NCBI GenBank assembly: GCA_015520605.1
Contig: WAPT01000024.1
Coordinates: 1 to 64,000, forward strand
Length of the DNA: 64,000 bases
Source: Nanobdellati archaeon
GTDB taxonomy: Archaea > EX4484-52 > WAPT01
Reading direction: 5' to 3'
Shown: positions 30,818 to 40,701 of the stretch, piece after piece
How positions within the stretch are numbered: the stretch's first letter is position 1
How the letters are laid out: each line of letters starts with the position of its first letter
Position numbers and translations under genes: made by a program
Notes under the pieces: generated by a model
Databases searched by the model: none
Told to the model about the DNA's origin: nothing
Seen by the model: only the letters and a program-made list of their open reading frames with translations

Positions 30818-31393
30818 ATGGCGGAGCAAAAGCAGGAAGTTATGGCAATTCGGAGGGAAATAAAGATCCCTGAAGGTGTAGAGGTAAGGCTGGAGAATGA
30901 AGAGCTTGTGGTGAAGGGTCCCAAAGGCGAGCTGAGGAGAGTGTTCTCTCACCCGAGGGTGAGGGTTGAAGTAGCTGATGGTGTTGTGAGTGTGATTAGT
31001 GATTCCACCAGAAGGAAGGACAAAGCGATAGTCGGAACCTGGGTGTCTCACATTAAAAACATGATGTATGGTGTCGTGAAGGGTTTTCAGGCAAAGCTAA
31101 AGATAGTTTACACACACTTCCCCATGAACGTAAAGCAAGAGGGTGATTACATAATCATAAGTAACTTCATGGGTGAGAAGGGGATAAGAAAGGCCAAGAT
31201 CTTTGGAAACGTCACGGTCAAGATAGACAAGGAGGAAATAATGGTGGAGGGAATAAACATAGAGGAGGTGGGACAGACAGCTGCCAATATCGAGCAGGCA
31301 TGCAAGTACAGAGCTAATAGAGATCCAAGGATCTTCTTTGACGGAATATACATCTATCAAAAGCCGAAGAGGAGTGATGATCTATGGCAATGA
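30818..31393 (+). CDS. rpl6: 50S ribosomal protein uL6
   Basis: VKGPKG, HFPM, GQTAANIEQ, DPRIFFDGIY. Confidence 0.96.
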   Translation: MAEQKQEVMAIRREIKIPEGVEVRLENEELVVKGPKGELRRVFSHPRVRVEVADGVVSVISDSTRRKDKAIVGTWVSHIKNMMYGVVKGFQAKLKIVYTHFPMNVKQEGDYIIISNFMGEKGIRKAKIFGNVTVKIDKEEIMVEGINIEEVGQTAANIEQACKYRANRDPRIFFDGIYIYQKPKRSDDLWQ

Positions 31394-32100
31394 AGGAGCT
31401 TGTGAAGCTCAGGGAGGAAGTCAAGAAAAGGAAACCTGAGTTTAGGAGATATCTGGCTGATAGGATAAAGAAACTCAGTAGAAGCGGCTACAGAAGGCCT
31501 AAAGGCATACAGAATAAGATGAGAAAGAGAATCTTTGGAAAGCCGAAAATGCCATGCGCTGGTTATGGAGGTCCGAGAGAAGCAAGGCACCTTCACCCTT
31601 CAGGTTATAGAGAGGTACTTGTATATAATCCTGCTGATCTCGATAAAATAGACAAGGAAAATGAGGCTGTGAGAATAGCTTCGTGCGTTGGCACAAAAAA
31701 GAGGCTGGAAATTTTGAAGAAAGCTGAAGAGCTTGGAATAAAGGTGCTCAACCCGAGAATAAAGAGGAGAGCTTATCTCGAGCTTAAGAGAAGGGAAGAA
31801 GAAAAGAAGAAGAAAGAGAAGGAAAAAGCTGAGGAAGCAAAGGAGGAAAAAGCAGAAAAATCTGAGGAAAAGGAAGAGAAGAAGAAAGTCTCGGAGAAAA
31901 AGGAGAAAGCAGAGGAATCCATTGCTCAGCAAAAGGAAGGTGTTGAAAAATCGAAGGATGAAATAGAAGAGGCGAAGAAGGGAAGAAAGAAAAAGAACAC
32001 CACACCTCAAAAACGCGCTGAAACATCCGCCAAGAAAGGTGGAAAGAGATCCAGCAGATCTTCTCCAGCTTCCAAAACAAAAAGGGGTGAGAAGTCATGA
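31384..32100 (+). CDS. rpl32e: 50S ribosomal protein eL32 with a long Lys/Glu-rich C-terminal extension
   Basis: RRPKGIQNK, HLHPSG, GIKVLN followed by about 110 charged residues. Confidence 0.93.
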   Translation: MAMKELVKLREEVKKRKPEFRRYLADRIKKLSRSGYRRPKGIQNKMRKRIFGKPKMPCAGYGGPREARHLHPSGYREVLVYNPADLDKIDKENEAVRIASCVGTKKRLEILKKAEELGIKVLNPRIKRRAYLELKRREEEKKKKEKEKAEEAKEEKAEKSEEKEEKKKVSEKKEKAEESIAQQKEGVEKSKDEIEEAKKGRKKKNTTPQKRAETSAKKGGKRSSRSSPASKTKRGEKS

Positions 32101-32279
32101 TCATCGAAATACCTTTCGTTCACTTTCATGAAAGAATCTGTCCTGCATGCGGAGCTCTGACAAGAGAGCTGAAAATTGAAGGTGTCACTATTTATTCATG
32201 CAAAAGGTGTGGGATTGCCTATACAAGGGAGGCTATTATCCTTACACAACAGAGAGATATAGAACCAGTGAATAATTAA
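32097..32279 (+). CDS. Small Zn-ribbon hypothetical protein
   Basis: CPACG...CKRCG; overlaps both flanking genes. Confidence 0.65.
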   Translation: MIIEIPFVHFHERICPACGALTRELKIEGVTIYSCKRCGIAYTREAIILTQQRDIEPVNN

Positions 32280-32296
32280 TGGTCGTGGTGATCGCA

Positions 32297-32761
32297 ATGA
32301 ATTTGAGAACACAGAAAAGGATGGCCGCACAGATACTTAAGTGTGGGATCCACAGAGTGTGGATTGATCCAGAGCATGTGGATGAAGTAGCAGAAGCCAT
32401 CACTAAGGATGACATAAGAAGACTTATAAGGGAGGGCAAGATAGGAGTGCTGCCCAAGCAGGGTGTGAGTACAGCACGCGCTAAATACATAAAAATGCAG
32501 AAGAAGAAGGGTAGGAGAAGAGGACATGGATCAAGAAAGGGTAAGAAAACTGCGAGAATGCCAAGAAAGCTCGCATGGATGATCAGAATCCGCGCTTTGA
32601 GGAGACTCCTGAGAGAGCTCAGGGCCAGGGGAGAGATAACCCGCTCTGAATACAGGATGCTATATGCTCATGCTAAGGGTGGTATGTTCAGATCGAAAGC
32701 TCACCTTCTTCAGAGGGTTGAGAAGCTGAAGGAGATGAGAAGCAAGGAAGCAGAGGCGTGA
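32297..32761 (+). CDS. rpl19e: 50S ribosomal protein eL19
   Basis: QKRMAA, RVWIDP, GHGSRKG. Confidence 0.96.
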   Translation: MNLRTQKRMAAQILKCGIHRVWIDPEHVDEVAEAITKDDIRRLIREGKIGVLPKQGVSTARAKYIKMQKKKGRRRGHGSRKGKKTARMPRKLAWMIRIRALRRLLRELRARGEITRSEYRMLYAHAKGGMFRSKAHLLQRVEKLKEMRSKEAEA

Positions 32762-33318
32762 TGAGTATGGCGAGAGCAGGCTATGTCATGAAGTTCAGGA
32801 GAAGGAGGGAAGGTAAAACAGACTATAGAAAAAGGCTTGCTCTTGTGAAGAGTGGTAAGCCCATACTTACCGTCAGGAGAACGAACACACAGATAATTAC
32901 CCACATAAGGGAGTTTAATCCTGCTGGAGACATAACAAGAGTTATGATAACCTCAAAGAAGCTTGCTGAATATGGGTGGGAACACTCATCATTCAAGAAC
33001 ACACCCGCAGCCTACCTTACTGGATATCTTATAGGCAAAATGGCGCTGCAGCAGGGAATAAAGGAGGCCATACTCGACATTGGCAGGCATGCTGCCACAA
33101 AAGGAGCGAGGGTCTTTGCAGTGCTCAAAGGGGCTGTTGACGCTGGCCTTGAAATCCCCCATTCAGATGATAAGGTACCCGATGAGAGCAGGATTAGAGG
33201 AGAGCATATAAGCGATGATGTTGTGGAAATGTTCAAAAAGGTTAAGGAAAATATTGATAAGATGTTTTCCGAAGCAGGAAGTGCACAAAAAAAGAAGAAA
33301 TCTAGTAAGAAGGAGTGA
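32761..33318 (+). CDS. rpl18: 50S ribosomal protein uL18
   Basis: [27 protein letters not shown]. Confidence 0.96.
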   Translation: MSMARAGYVMKFRRRREGKTDYRKRLALVKSGKPILTVRRTNTQIITHIREFNPAGDITRVMITSKKLAEYGWEHSSFKNTPAAYLTGYLIGKMALQQGIKEAILDIGRHAATKGARVFAVLKGAVDAGLEIPHSDDKVPDESRIRGEHISDDVVEMFKKVKENIDKMFSEAGSAQKKKKSSKKE

Positions 33319-33324
33319 TGCTCA

Positions 33325-34026
33325 ATGCCAGTGAAAATGTCTCTTGAGGATTGGGTGCCAAGGACCGAGCTTGGGAGGATGGTGAAGGAGGGAAAGATTA
33401 AGTCGATAGAGGAAATTTTCCAGAAAGGATACGTTATAAGAGAGGCCGAAATCGTTGATTATCTCGTACCTGACCTCAAGGAGGAACTCATAAATATAGG
33501 TGGTGTTAGCGGTAAAGGTGGTGGTAAGAGAAGAGTGCCTGTAAGGTCGACGGTTAGGATGCACAAATCTGGTAGGAGAAGAACCCTTCATGCTGCTGCA
33601 GTAGTTGGCAACGAAAACGGCCTTATAGGGTTCGGTGTAGCAAGGGGAAAGAGTGCGAGAGAGGTTATAGAAAAAGCAATAAGGAATGCAAAGCTCAACA
33701 TCTTCCCAGTAAGGAGGGGTTGTGGATCGTGGGAATGTGGTTGCAGAACGCCACACTCCATTCCCTTTAAAGCTGAGGGCAAGATGGGAAGCGTTAGGGT
33801 TATCCTTATGCCCGCTCCTAAAGGTGTGGGTCTTGTCATAGGGGATGAGTTGAAGAAAGTTATGAGACTCGCTGGGATCAAAGATGTATGGTCAAAATCT
33901 TTTGGAGATACGAGAACTAGACTCAACTCTGTAGGAGCGGCTATTAAAGCCTTCAAAAACCTTAACAAGATGAAGATCACAGAGGAAGATATCGAAAAGA
34001 CAGGGATGGTTCAGGGTGCTGTGTGA
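33325..34026 (+). CDS. rps5: 30S ribosomal protein uS5
   Basis: WVPRTELG, RGCGSWEC, PAPKGVG. Confidence 0.97.
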   Translation: MPVKMSLEDWVPRTELGRMVKEGKIKSIEEIFQKGYVIREAEIVDYLVPDLKEELINIGGVSGKGGGKRRVPVRSTVRMHKSGRRRTLHAAAVVGNENGLIGFGVARGKSAREVIEKAIRNAKLNIFPVRRGCGSWECGCRTPHSIPFKAEGKMGSVRVILMPAPKGVGLVIGDELKKVMRLAGIKDVWSKSFGDTRTRLNSVGAAIKAFKNLNKMKITEEDIEKTGMVQGAV

Positions 34027-34457
34027 TGTACGCTGTGGTGAGGGTTAGAGGTACTGTCGGAGTAAGGGAAGATATAGAGAGAACATTAAAATTTCTCAAC
34101 CTTAATAAGCCACACCACTGCACAGTTGTGCCCAAGACATCTTCATACGAGGGTATGATATTCAAGGTAAAGGACTACGTTACTTGGGGGGAGATTAATG
34201 AAGAAACGCTCAGACTACTAGTTGGGAAAAGAGGTGAGCTCGAGCGCGGAGGCAGAGTACCTCCTGAAAAGGTTGATGAGCTCGTTGAGAGGATAAAGGA
34301 ATTTGGGCTCAAAAAAGCCGGTCTGAAGCCGGTATTCCGTCTTTCTCCTCCCAGAAGGGGGTACGAAAGGAATGGAATAAAGAAACCGTTTAAACTGGGT
34401 GGAGCTCTTGGTTACAGGGGGGAAAAGATAAACGATCTGATAAAACGGATGGTATAA
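34026..34457 (+). CDS. rpl30: 50S ribosomal protein uL30
   Basis: AVVRVRG, VTWGE, FRLSPPRRG, GYRG. Confidence 0.96.
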   Translation: MYAVVRVRGTVGVREDIERTLKFLNLNKPHHCTVVPKTSSYEGMIFKVKDYVTWGEINEETLRLLVGKRGELERGGRVPPEKVDELVERIKEFGLKKAGLKPVFRLSPPRRGYERNGIKKPFKLGGALGYRGEKINDLIKRMV

Positions 34458-34466
34458 GAAAGGTGG

Positions 34467-34979
34467 GTGATGATGGTCGTCCGGAGGAAGAAAAGGAAGA
34501 CCAACAAGTTCAGAGGATCAAAGACGCACGGTTGGGGGTCAAAGAAGAAACACAGGGGTAAGGGTTCGAGGGGGGGTAAGGGAAACGCAGGGATGGGTAA
34601 GAGAGGACAACAGAAGCTTACAGTGCTGTATGCCGAGGGCAAACTCCCGCTTGGCAGAGCTGATAAAGGCTTTACAAGACACAAATCTCTGATCAGGGAG
34701 AAGAAATACATAAACGTTGGAGATTTGGAACTCTATCTTGAAAGGTTTGAGGCTATGGGCGTAGCGGAAAAGAAGGGTGATGTTTACTCTGTTGATCTGG
34801 AAAAGGCAGGTTACGATAAGCTATTGGGGGCGGGTAAGATCACCATTTCCATAGAGGCAAGGATAGCTGAAGCCACACCTAAAGCCATTCGGAAAGTTGA
34901 AGCCGCCGGAGGTAAGGTTGTGATCTCATCTCGGGGTGAGGGTGAAGAAGCCATCGAGTCTGCACCAACCACCGAGTAG
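34467..34979 (+). CDS. rpl15: 50S ribosomal protein uL15
   Basis: RGSKTHGWG, GSRGGKGNAG, KLLGAG. Confidence 0.96.
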   Translation: MMMVVRRKKRKTNKFRGSKTHGWGSKKKHRGKGSRGGKGNAGMGKRGQQKLTVLYAEGKLPLGRADKGFTRHKSLIREKKYINVGDLELYLERFEAMGVAEKKGDVYSVDLEKAGYDKLLGAGKITISIEARIAEATPKAIRKVEAAGGKVVISSRGEGEEAIESAPTTE

Positions 34980-36397
34980 TGCCTTCAAGGTTGTTCGAAA
35001 TGGACTGGGAAAGTATTTTTCAACTTCTGCCTGGAGTAGAACACCCGAAAAAAAAGCTCACGCTTAATGAGAGGCTCAAATGGACAGGTATAATTCTCAT
35101 TCTTTACTTTATCCTCATAGAAATAAAGGTATATGGTATAAGTCCTGAAATTGCGGAGCGCTTTGCTGAGTGGGAGATGCTCCTTGGGGCAAGAACAGGC
35201 AGCCTCATGACTCTCGGTATAGGTCCGATAGTAACAGCGTCCATCCTCCTGCAGATGCTGGTCGGGGCAAGAATAATTAACTGGGATCTTAACACGACAC
35301 ATGGCAGAATTATGTTCCAAGGTGCACAGAAGCTTCTTGCCATCATAATAACAGTAATGGAAGCGACCGCATGGGTACTCTTCGGGCCAATAAAGCCAGC
35401 TGAATACACGCTCTGGAACACCCTCATAGTGATCCTCCAGCTCTGCATAGGCGGGTGGCTGGTTATTTTCATGGATGAGGTTGTGAGCAAGTGGGGGTTC
35501 GGTAGCGGAATTTCACTTTTCATTGTCGGAGGGATTTCACGACAGCTTTTCATAAAGCTGTTCAGTTTTGAAAGCGCCGGCGAATATTACGCAGGAAGGC
35601 TTCTCGCTTTCATTCAGATGCTGATCCAGGGTAACCCGCAATGGGTACTCCTCGTGCCGATAATAACAACATTTCTGATCTTCATAATAGCGGTCGTGGC
35701 CCAGGGCATGAGGGTCGAGATACCTCTTGCGTTTGGAACACTCAGAGGTTTCGGAAGAAAATGGCCGCTGCGATTCATTTACACCAATGTCATACCTGTT
35801 ATTCTGGTAACAGCACTCCTCATCAACATAGAGATGACGGGCCAGATGATCGCTCATCCCGTTGAAGGCTCCCTCTCCCTAAGGTGCGGCCCGCTGGGAT
35901 GCTTTGACGAGCATGGTCGTCCGAAAAGCGGACTGGTATATTACATCACACCTCCATACAACTTTATGATTTCCCTTATTTATGGGAGCATTACCACCCG
36001 AGAGTTAATCAGAGCTATTATTTATCTTTTGATAATGATTTTTGGTACCGCTCTGTTCTCATACTTCTGGGTTATGACCTCAGGTATGGATGCTAAAAGC
36101 GTCGCTGAACAGATACAGGCTGCAAGCCTGCAGATACCGGGTTTCAGAAAAGATCCGAGGGTTATTGAAAAGGTTCTTGACAGGTACATAACACCGCTAG
36201 CGATCATGGGCGGAGCTTTTGTCGGATTCCTTGCAGCCATAGCCGATCTTATGGGGGCGCTTGTCAGAGGCACGGCAATCTTGCTTGCCGTGATGATAGT
36301 GTACAACATGTATGAAATGCTGGCCGTTCAGCAGCTTGAGGAGGCTCATCCGCTTGTGAGAAAGCTCATGAGCTCAGCCAGGGGGAAAGGCGAATGA
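34979..36397 (+). CDS. secY: Preprotein translocase SecY
   Basis: LGIGPIVTASI, SGISLFI, YTNVIP, IPGFRKD. Confidence 0.97.
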   Translation: MPSRLFEMDWESIFQLLPGVEHPKKKLTLNERLKWTGIILILYFILIEIKVYGISPEIAERFAEWEMLLGARTGSLMTLGIGPIVTASILLQMLVGARIINWDLNTTHGRIMFQGAQKLLAIIITVMEATAWVLFGPIKPAEYTLWNTLIVILQLCIGGWLVIFMDEVVSKWGFGSGISLFIVGGISRQLFIKLFSFESAGEYYAGRLLAFIQMLIQGNPQWVLLVPIITTFLIFIIAVVAQGMRVEIPLAFGTLRGFGRKWPLRFIYTNVIPVILVTALLINIEMTGQMIAHPVEGSLSLRCGPLGCFDEHGRPKSGLVYYITPPYNFMISLIYGSITTRELIRAIIYLLIMIFGTALFSYFWVMTSGMDAKSVAEQIQAASLQIPGFRKDPRVIEKVLDRYITPLAIMGGAFVGFLAAIADLMGALVRGTAILLAVMIVYNMYEMLAVQQLEEAHPLVRKLMSSARGKGE

Positions 36398-36415
36398 TGA
36401 TGGGGGTGGTAATGG

Positions 36416-36862
36416 ATGCAGATTCTTGAATACTTATCCTCCGTTGATCCGCTCATTGGTGTGACAGCTTTCTCCATCTTCATGGCTTTTCTGTTCCCTC
36501 TGATCTATCTCTTCATCATCGACGTTGAGAGGGCGAAAGAACTCAAAAGGAAAGCAAAGGATTACCAGAAGAGGATGAGGGAAGCGAGAAAACGTGGGGA
36601 TGAAAAAGAATTAAAAGATTTGCTTGAAAAAAATATGAGTCTCCTAGGCGAGCAGATGAGTCTAACCCAGAAACAGCTTATATGTACCCTCGCGATAATT
36701 ATAGTTGTTTTCCCAATCCTAAAGCGGCTGTACGGTAATGCGACATTTAAACTTCCATTCCCACTACCCTTCGTGGGAAGCGATGTGGGGATAATAGGGC
36801 TCTACATAATCATATCAATTCCTGCATCAATGTTTTTCAGAAAGCTGCTTCGTGTGGATTGA
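36416..36862 (+). CDS. DUF106 / EMC3-TMCO1 family membrane protein
   Basis: TM, coiled coil, then further TMs; located directly after secY. Confidence 0.8.
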   Translation: MQILEYLSSVDPLIGVTAFSIFMAFLFPLIYLFIIDVERAKELKRKAKDYQKRMREARKRGDEKELKDLLEKNMSLLGEQMSLTQKQLICTLAIIIVVFPILKRLYGNATFKLPFPLPFVGSDVGIIGLYIIISIPASMFFRKLLRVD

Positions 36863-36873
36863 GGTGAGATGAA

Positions 36874-37140
36874 ATGAGGCCATCACTCAGAGGCGGTAAA
36901 TGGAAGAGAGTAAGGACCCCGGGAGGAAGACTTGTAATTCGTAGGGTTGAGAGAAAGGTTAACTTTGTAAGATGCGGACTGTGTGGCACAATTCTTAGTG
37001 GTGTGCCCAGAGAGAGGACCCACACCTTCAAGGGTCTCGCAAAAACAAAGAAAAGACCCGAAAGGATGTACGGAGGTGTACTTTGCCCATCCTGTCTTAA
37101 GAAAAAAATAGTTGAGGCGGTCATAAAACTTAATGAATAA
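36874..37140 (+). CDS. rpl34e: 50S ribosomal protein eL34
   Basis: RTPGG, RPERMYGGVLC. Confidence 0.95.
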   Translation: MRPSLRGGKWKRVRTPGGRLVIRRVERKVNFVRCGLCGTILSGVPRERTHTFKGLAKTKKRPERMYGGVLCPSCLKKKIVEAVIKLNE

Positions 37141-37158
37141 AATGGCGGGTGAGTGTGG

Positions 37159-37434
37159 ATGCTTGAGGTGGGTAGAGTCTGTGTTAAGAATGCAGGAAGA
37201 GATGCGGGAAGCTTTTGTGTTGTGATAGATGTTATAGATGATAACTTCGTCATGATCACGGGGCCAAAAAGCCTTACCGGCGCGAGAAGAAAAAGGTGCA
37301 ACATAAGACATCTTGAGCCGACACCTTACAAGGTGAAAATAAATAAAAATGCGAGCGATGAGGAAGTGCTGAATGCGATAAAGGAAGCTGGCATTGAGGA
37401 TCTTATGAGTAAGAGAATTAAAATAGAGGTCTAA
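37159..37434 (+). CDS. rpl14e: 50S ribosomal protein eL14
   Basis: EVGRVCVKNAGRDAG, RKRCNIRHLEP. Confidence 0.95.
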   Translation: MLEVGRVCVKNAGRDAGSFCVVIDVIDDNFVMITGPKSLTGARRKRCNIRHLEPTPYKVKINKNASDEEVLNAIKEAGIEDLMSKRIKIEV

Positions 37435-37455
37435 CTTTCAAAAATTTATTAAAAG

Positions 37456-38451
37456 ATGCTCTCTACTTCTATCTGCATGCTGCTTGTGAGAGAAAAAGTA
37501 GAAACATCGGAAAAGTATGGATATTATCCTCATGAAAGGCCCGTAGAACAGCTTTTGAACTATGGCGCTGTCATAATCGACAAGCCACGCGGACCCACAA
37601 GCCACCAGGTTGTTGCGTGGGTTAAAGAAATTCTTGGCATAGCAAAAGCGGGTCAGACAGGCACTCTTGATCCAAACGCTACAGGAGTTCTTGTCATTCT
37701 TCTCAACCACAGTGTAAAGATCACACAGATACTTGCAAGAAGTGATAAGGAATACGTTGCTCTGATGAAACTACACGCTGATGTCGAGCCCGAGAGGGTG
37801 ATGGATGCTGTGAAGCGATTTGAGGGTACAATAACGCAGATACCTCCAGTCAGAAGTGCTGTCGCCAGAAAACCAAGGAAAAGGAGAATATACTATATAA
37901 ACGTTCTTGAAATGGAGGGAAGGTACGTCCTCTTGCATGTGAAGTGTGAAGCAGGCACTTACATAAGAAAGTTATGCGTTGATATAGGCAAGACCTTGGG
38001 TGTGAATGCAAACCTCCAGGAGCTGAGGAGAATTGCGGTGGGACACATAAGCGAGGATAAATCCCACTATCTTCAGGATTTGGTTGATGCTTACGTGCTT
38101 TGGAAGGAAAAAGGTGATGACTCGCTCTTACGAGAGGTTGTGCTGCCTGTGGAATATCTCCTGAAGGATGTTAAGAAGGTTCTAATTAAGGATAGTGCCA
38201 TTTCACCCATATGTTATGGGGCTCAGCTCCATGTGGGTGGGATCTCAATGGTGGACTCTACCATAAGGAAAGGAGACACGGTTGCGATAATGAGTCTGAA
38301 GGGCGAGCTTGTTGCGATTGGTAAAGCTGAAATGAGCGCCGAGGAGATGGTCAATAGAAAGAAAGGCGTGGCTTGCACCATAAAAAGAGTCATAATGGAG
38401 AAGGACACCTATCCAAAACTGTGGAAGACTCAGAAAAGCGAAATAAAATAA
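37456..38451 (+). CDS. cbf5: RNA-guided pseudouridine synthase Cbf5
   Basis: DKPRGPTSHQV, GTLDP, GTYIRKL, PUA domain. Confidence 0.95.
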   Translation: MLSTSICMLLVREKVETSEKYGYYPHERPVEQLLNYGAVIIDKPRGPTSHQVVAWVKEILGIAKAGQTGTLDPNATGVLVILLNHSVKITQILARSDKEYVALMKLHADVEPERVMDAVKRFEGTITQIPPVRSAVARKPRKRRIYYINVLEMEGRYVLLHVKCEAGTYIRKLCVDIGKTLGVNANLQELRRIAVGHISEDKSHYLQDLVDAYVLWKEKGDDSLLREVVLPVEYLLKDVKKVLIKDSAISPICYGAQLHVGGISMVDSTIRKGDTVAIMSLKGELVAIGKAEMSAEEMVNRKKGVACTIKRVIMEKDTYPKLWKTQKSEIK

Positions 38452-38490
38452 TAAAAATGATCAGAACTTAATGGTTTGGAGGTGTTGTAT

Positions 38491-38697
38491 ATGGGTGTTG
38501 ATAAGAGACTGCTTGAGATTCTTGCTTGTCCGAAGTGTAAGGGAAATGTGGTTGAGAAGGGCATGTTTCTGGTGTGTGAGAAATGCAAGCTTGCTTTTCC
38601 AGTGCTTGATGGAGACGTGCCGGATATGTTACTTGAGGACGCATGGGAACTGGAGAAAGCTGAAGAAGCGGGGTTCAAGCACAATCTCAAACTTTAA
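38491..38697 (+). CDS. Trm112 family methyltransferase activator
   Basis: LLEILACPKCKG...CEKC...DGDVPDML. Confidence 0.88.
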   Translation: MGVDKRLLEILACPKCKGNVVEKGMFLVCEKCKLAFPVLDGDVPDMLLEDAWELEKAEEAGFKHNLKL

Positions 38698-38728
38698 AGA
38701 TTTTCCAATACCAACAATTACCTTAAGT

Positions 38729-38971
38729 ATGACAGATTATATGTTTGCCTACAAAGAACTAATAAAGGCAGGATATCAAGACCCTCCTGTCGACTTCTGC
38801 CCTGCGTGTCCGTTTTTTGAAGATGACTATCTGCCGCTGTGCAACCACCCTGGGTATGGAGAAGTAAAAGAAGTAAAATGGAACGGAACTGCGATTCTTG
38901 TGAGTTGTCCACTTCAACTTGAGTACCTCGATAAGTTGGAAAAAGAAAATTTAAAAATACAGCTTCAATAA
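38729..38971 (+). CDS. Small Cys-containing hypothetical protein
   Basis: MTDYMFAY...CPACPFF...LCNHP...SCPL (3' part of ORF 38471-38971). Confidence 0.5.
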   Translation: MTDYMFAYKELIKAGYQDPPVDFCPACPFFEDDYLPLCNHPGYGEVKEVKWNGTAILVSCPLQLEYLDKLEKENLKIQLQ

Positions 38972-38995
38972 AGGAACTAATTAGGCTTCTTTTGT

Positions 38996-39082
38996 GCCGC
39001 GGTCGCATAGCCTGGTAGTGCGCCGGCCTTGAGAGCCGGTGCCCGCAAGGGCGCGCAGGTTCAAATCCTGCCCGCGGCGCCA
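38996..39082 (+). tRNA. tRNA-Ser(TGA)
   Basis: Cloverleaf; anticodon loop CTTGAGA; long variable arm; encoded CCA. Confidence 0.95.
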
Positions 39083-39257
39083 TTGATAACTTTTTAAATT
39101 TTACGTGAGTATAAATTGTCACGTTTTTAATACTGAAAATAGTCACCTGGACTGTGGTCCGGTGGCCTCCAGAAAGGATCACTGGGAGCATAAATCCGGG
39201 CCGGTTCTTAGGGGGAGCAGTGCTGTTAATGATATTAAAACCGTTTGGTGTGGAGTC

Positions 39258-39716
39258 ATGGCAGCGAGAGAGGTTAAGGCTGAAGAGGTAGTACGTATAG
39301 CCGGTACGGATCTCAACGGCGACTATTACGTTTATATGGCACTCCAGGGTATAAAGGGTGTTGGTTACAATTTTGCGAGAGCTCTCGTTAGGCTTCTTGG
39401 GATAGACGAAAGCAAGAAGTTGAAAGAACTCGGTGAGGAGGAGATTAAGAAGATAGAAGACGCTCTTAAAAACCCTATGAAATACGGGATGCCTGCGTGG
39501 ATGCTCAACAGGAGAAAAGATAGAGAAACTGGAAAGGACATGCACCTGATCGGTACGGATCTTGAGCTTCAGGTTAAGGAGGACATAAATAGGCTTATTC
39601 GTATAAGGTGTTATAGAGGAATAAGACACCAGATGGGTCTGCCGGTTAGGGGACAGCGTACAAGGACAGGGTTCAGGAAGGGTATGACTGTTGGTGTGCA
39701 AAGAAAGAAGAAGTGA
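39258..39716 (+). CDS. rps13: 30S ribosomal protein uS13
   Basis: [25 protein letters not shown]. Confidence 0.97.
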   Translation: MAAREVKAEEVVRIAGTDLNGDYYVYMALQGIKGVGYNFARALVRLLGIDESKKLKELGEEEIKKIEDALKNPMKYGMPAWMLNRRKDRETGKDMHLIGTDLELQVKEDINRLIRIRCYRGIRHQMGLPVRGQRTRTGFRKGMTVGVQRKKK

Positions 39717-39726
39717 CGTGGTCGAT

Positions 39727-40272
39727 ATGGGAGATCCTCGAAGGATAAGAAGGAAATGGAAACCACCACGCAAGAGGTGGGATGCTGAGAGGATTAGAGA
39801 AGAGAGAAAGTTGATGAGACAATACGGCTTAAGGAGAAAGAAGGAGATAAGGAGAGCAGAGGAAATTGTGAGGAGGCTTAGAAGGAGGGCAAGGAGCCTC
39901 ATAGCAAATCCAAACGAGGAGGAGGAAAAATCTCTCATAAAGAAAGCCTATGAGATGGGCCTTGTTGATGAAAACGCGACTCTTGATGACATCCTCAGCA
40001 TAACAGTTAAGGATCTCCTTGAAAGGCGACTTCAGACGATGGTTTACAGACTGGGATTAGCAAGAACCATAAAACAGGCGAGACAGTTTATAGTTCACGG
40101 ACACATCATGGTGGATGGACAAAGGGTGGTGACTCCCAGCTATATAGTTCATAGAGATGAGGAAAACACCATAGATTTCCATCCAAACTCTCCAATAAAG
40201 GAAATGTACGAAAAGGGCTTTGGTATTTTTGCTGATTTCAAGAATAAGGGAGCAGAGGTTCAAAACCAATAA
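39727..40272 (+). CDS. rps4: 30S ribosomal protein uS4
   Basis: [23 protein letters not shown]. Confidence 0.97.
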   Translation: MGDPRRIRRKWKPPRKRWDAERIREERKLMRQYGLRRKKEIRRAEEIVRRLRRRARSLIANPNEEEEKSLIKKAYEMGLVDENATLDDILSITVKDLLERRLQTMVYRLGLARTIKQARQFIVHGHIMVDGQRVVTPSYIVHRDEENTIDFHPNSPIKEMYEKGFGIFADFKNKGAEVQNQ

Positions 40273-40291
40273 ATCCAAGTGGTGATATTTC

Positions 40292-40696
40292 ATGGCCACA
40301 GAAAAACAGAAGCAGGAAAGGTGGGGGATAGCACACATTTACAGCAGCTTTAACAACACCATAGTACATATAACGGATATAACCGGGGCTTATACGATCT
40401 CTAGGGTTTCCGGAGGATTCGTTACGGACAAGGGCAGACTTAAGGGTGCCCCCTATCAAGCTATGCTCGCTGCTAAAAGAGCAGCCGAGGAGGCTCTTGA
40501 AAAGGGCATTACAGCTGTACATGTTCGTGTTAGAGCGCCGGGCGGACACCTTTCGAGGATCCCAGGTCCTGGAGCGCAACCGGCCATCAGGGCGCTTATA
40601 CAGGCGGGGTTGAAGATTGGAAAGATTGAGGATGTAACGCCAATTCCTCACGACCGCACGAGAAAACCCGGAGGAAGGAGAGGTAGGAGAGTGTGA
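40292..40696 (+). CDS. rps11: 30S ribosomal protein uS11
   Basis: [29 protein letters not shown]. Confidence 0.97.
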   Translation: MATEKQKQERWGIAHIYSSFNNTIVHITDITGAYTISRVSGGFVTDKGRLKGAPYQAMLAAKRAAEEALEKGITAVHVRVRAPGGHLSRIPGPGAQPAIRALIQAGLKIGKIEDVTPIPHDRTRKPGGRRGRRV

Positions 40697-40701
40697 TGTG
40701 A

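Noticed and set aside
39135-39235. RNase P RNA or SRP RNA
   Set aside because: Too short, and lacks the GAGGAAAGUCC or SRP helix-8 signatures.
38718-39938. 406-aa minus-strand ORF
   Set aside because: Antisense shadow over tRNA-Ser, rps13 and rps4; the composition is not protein-like.
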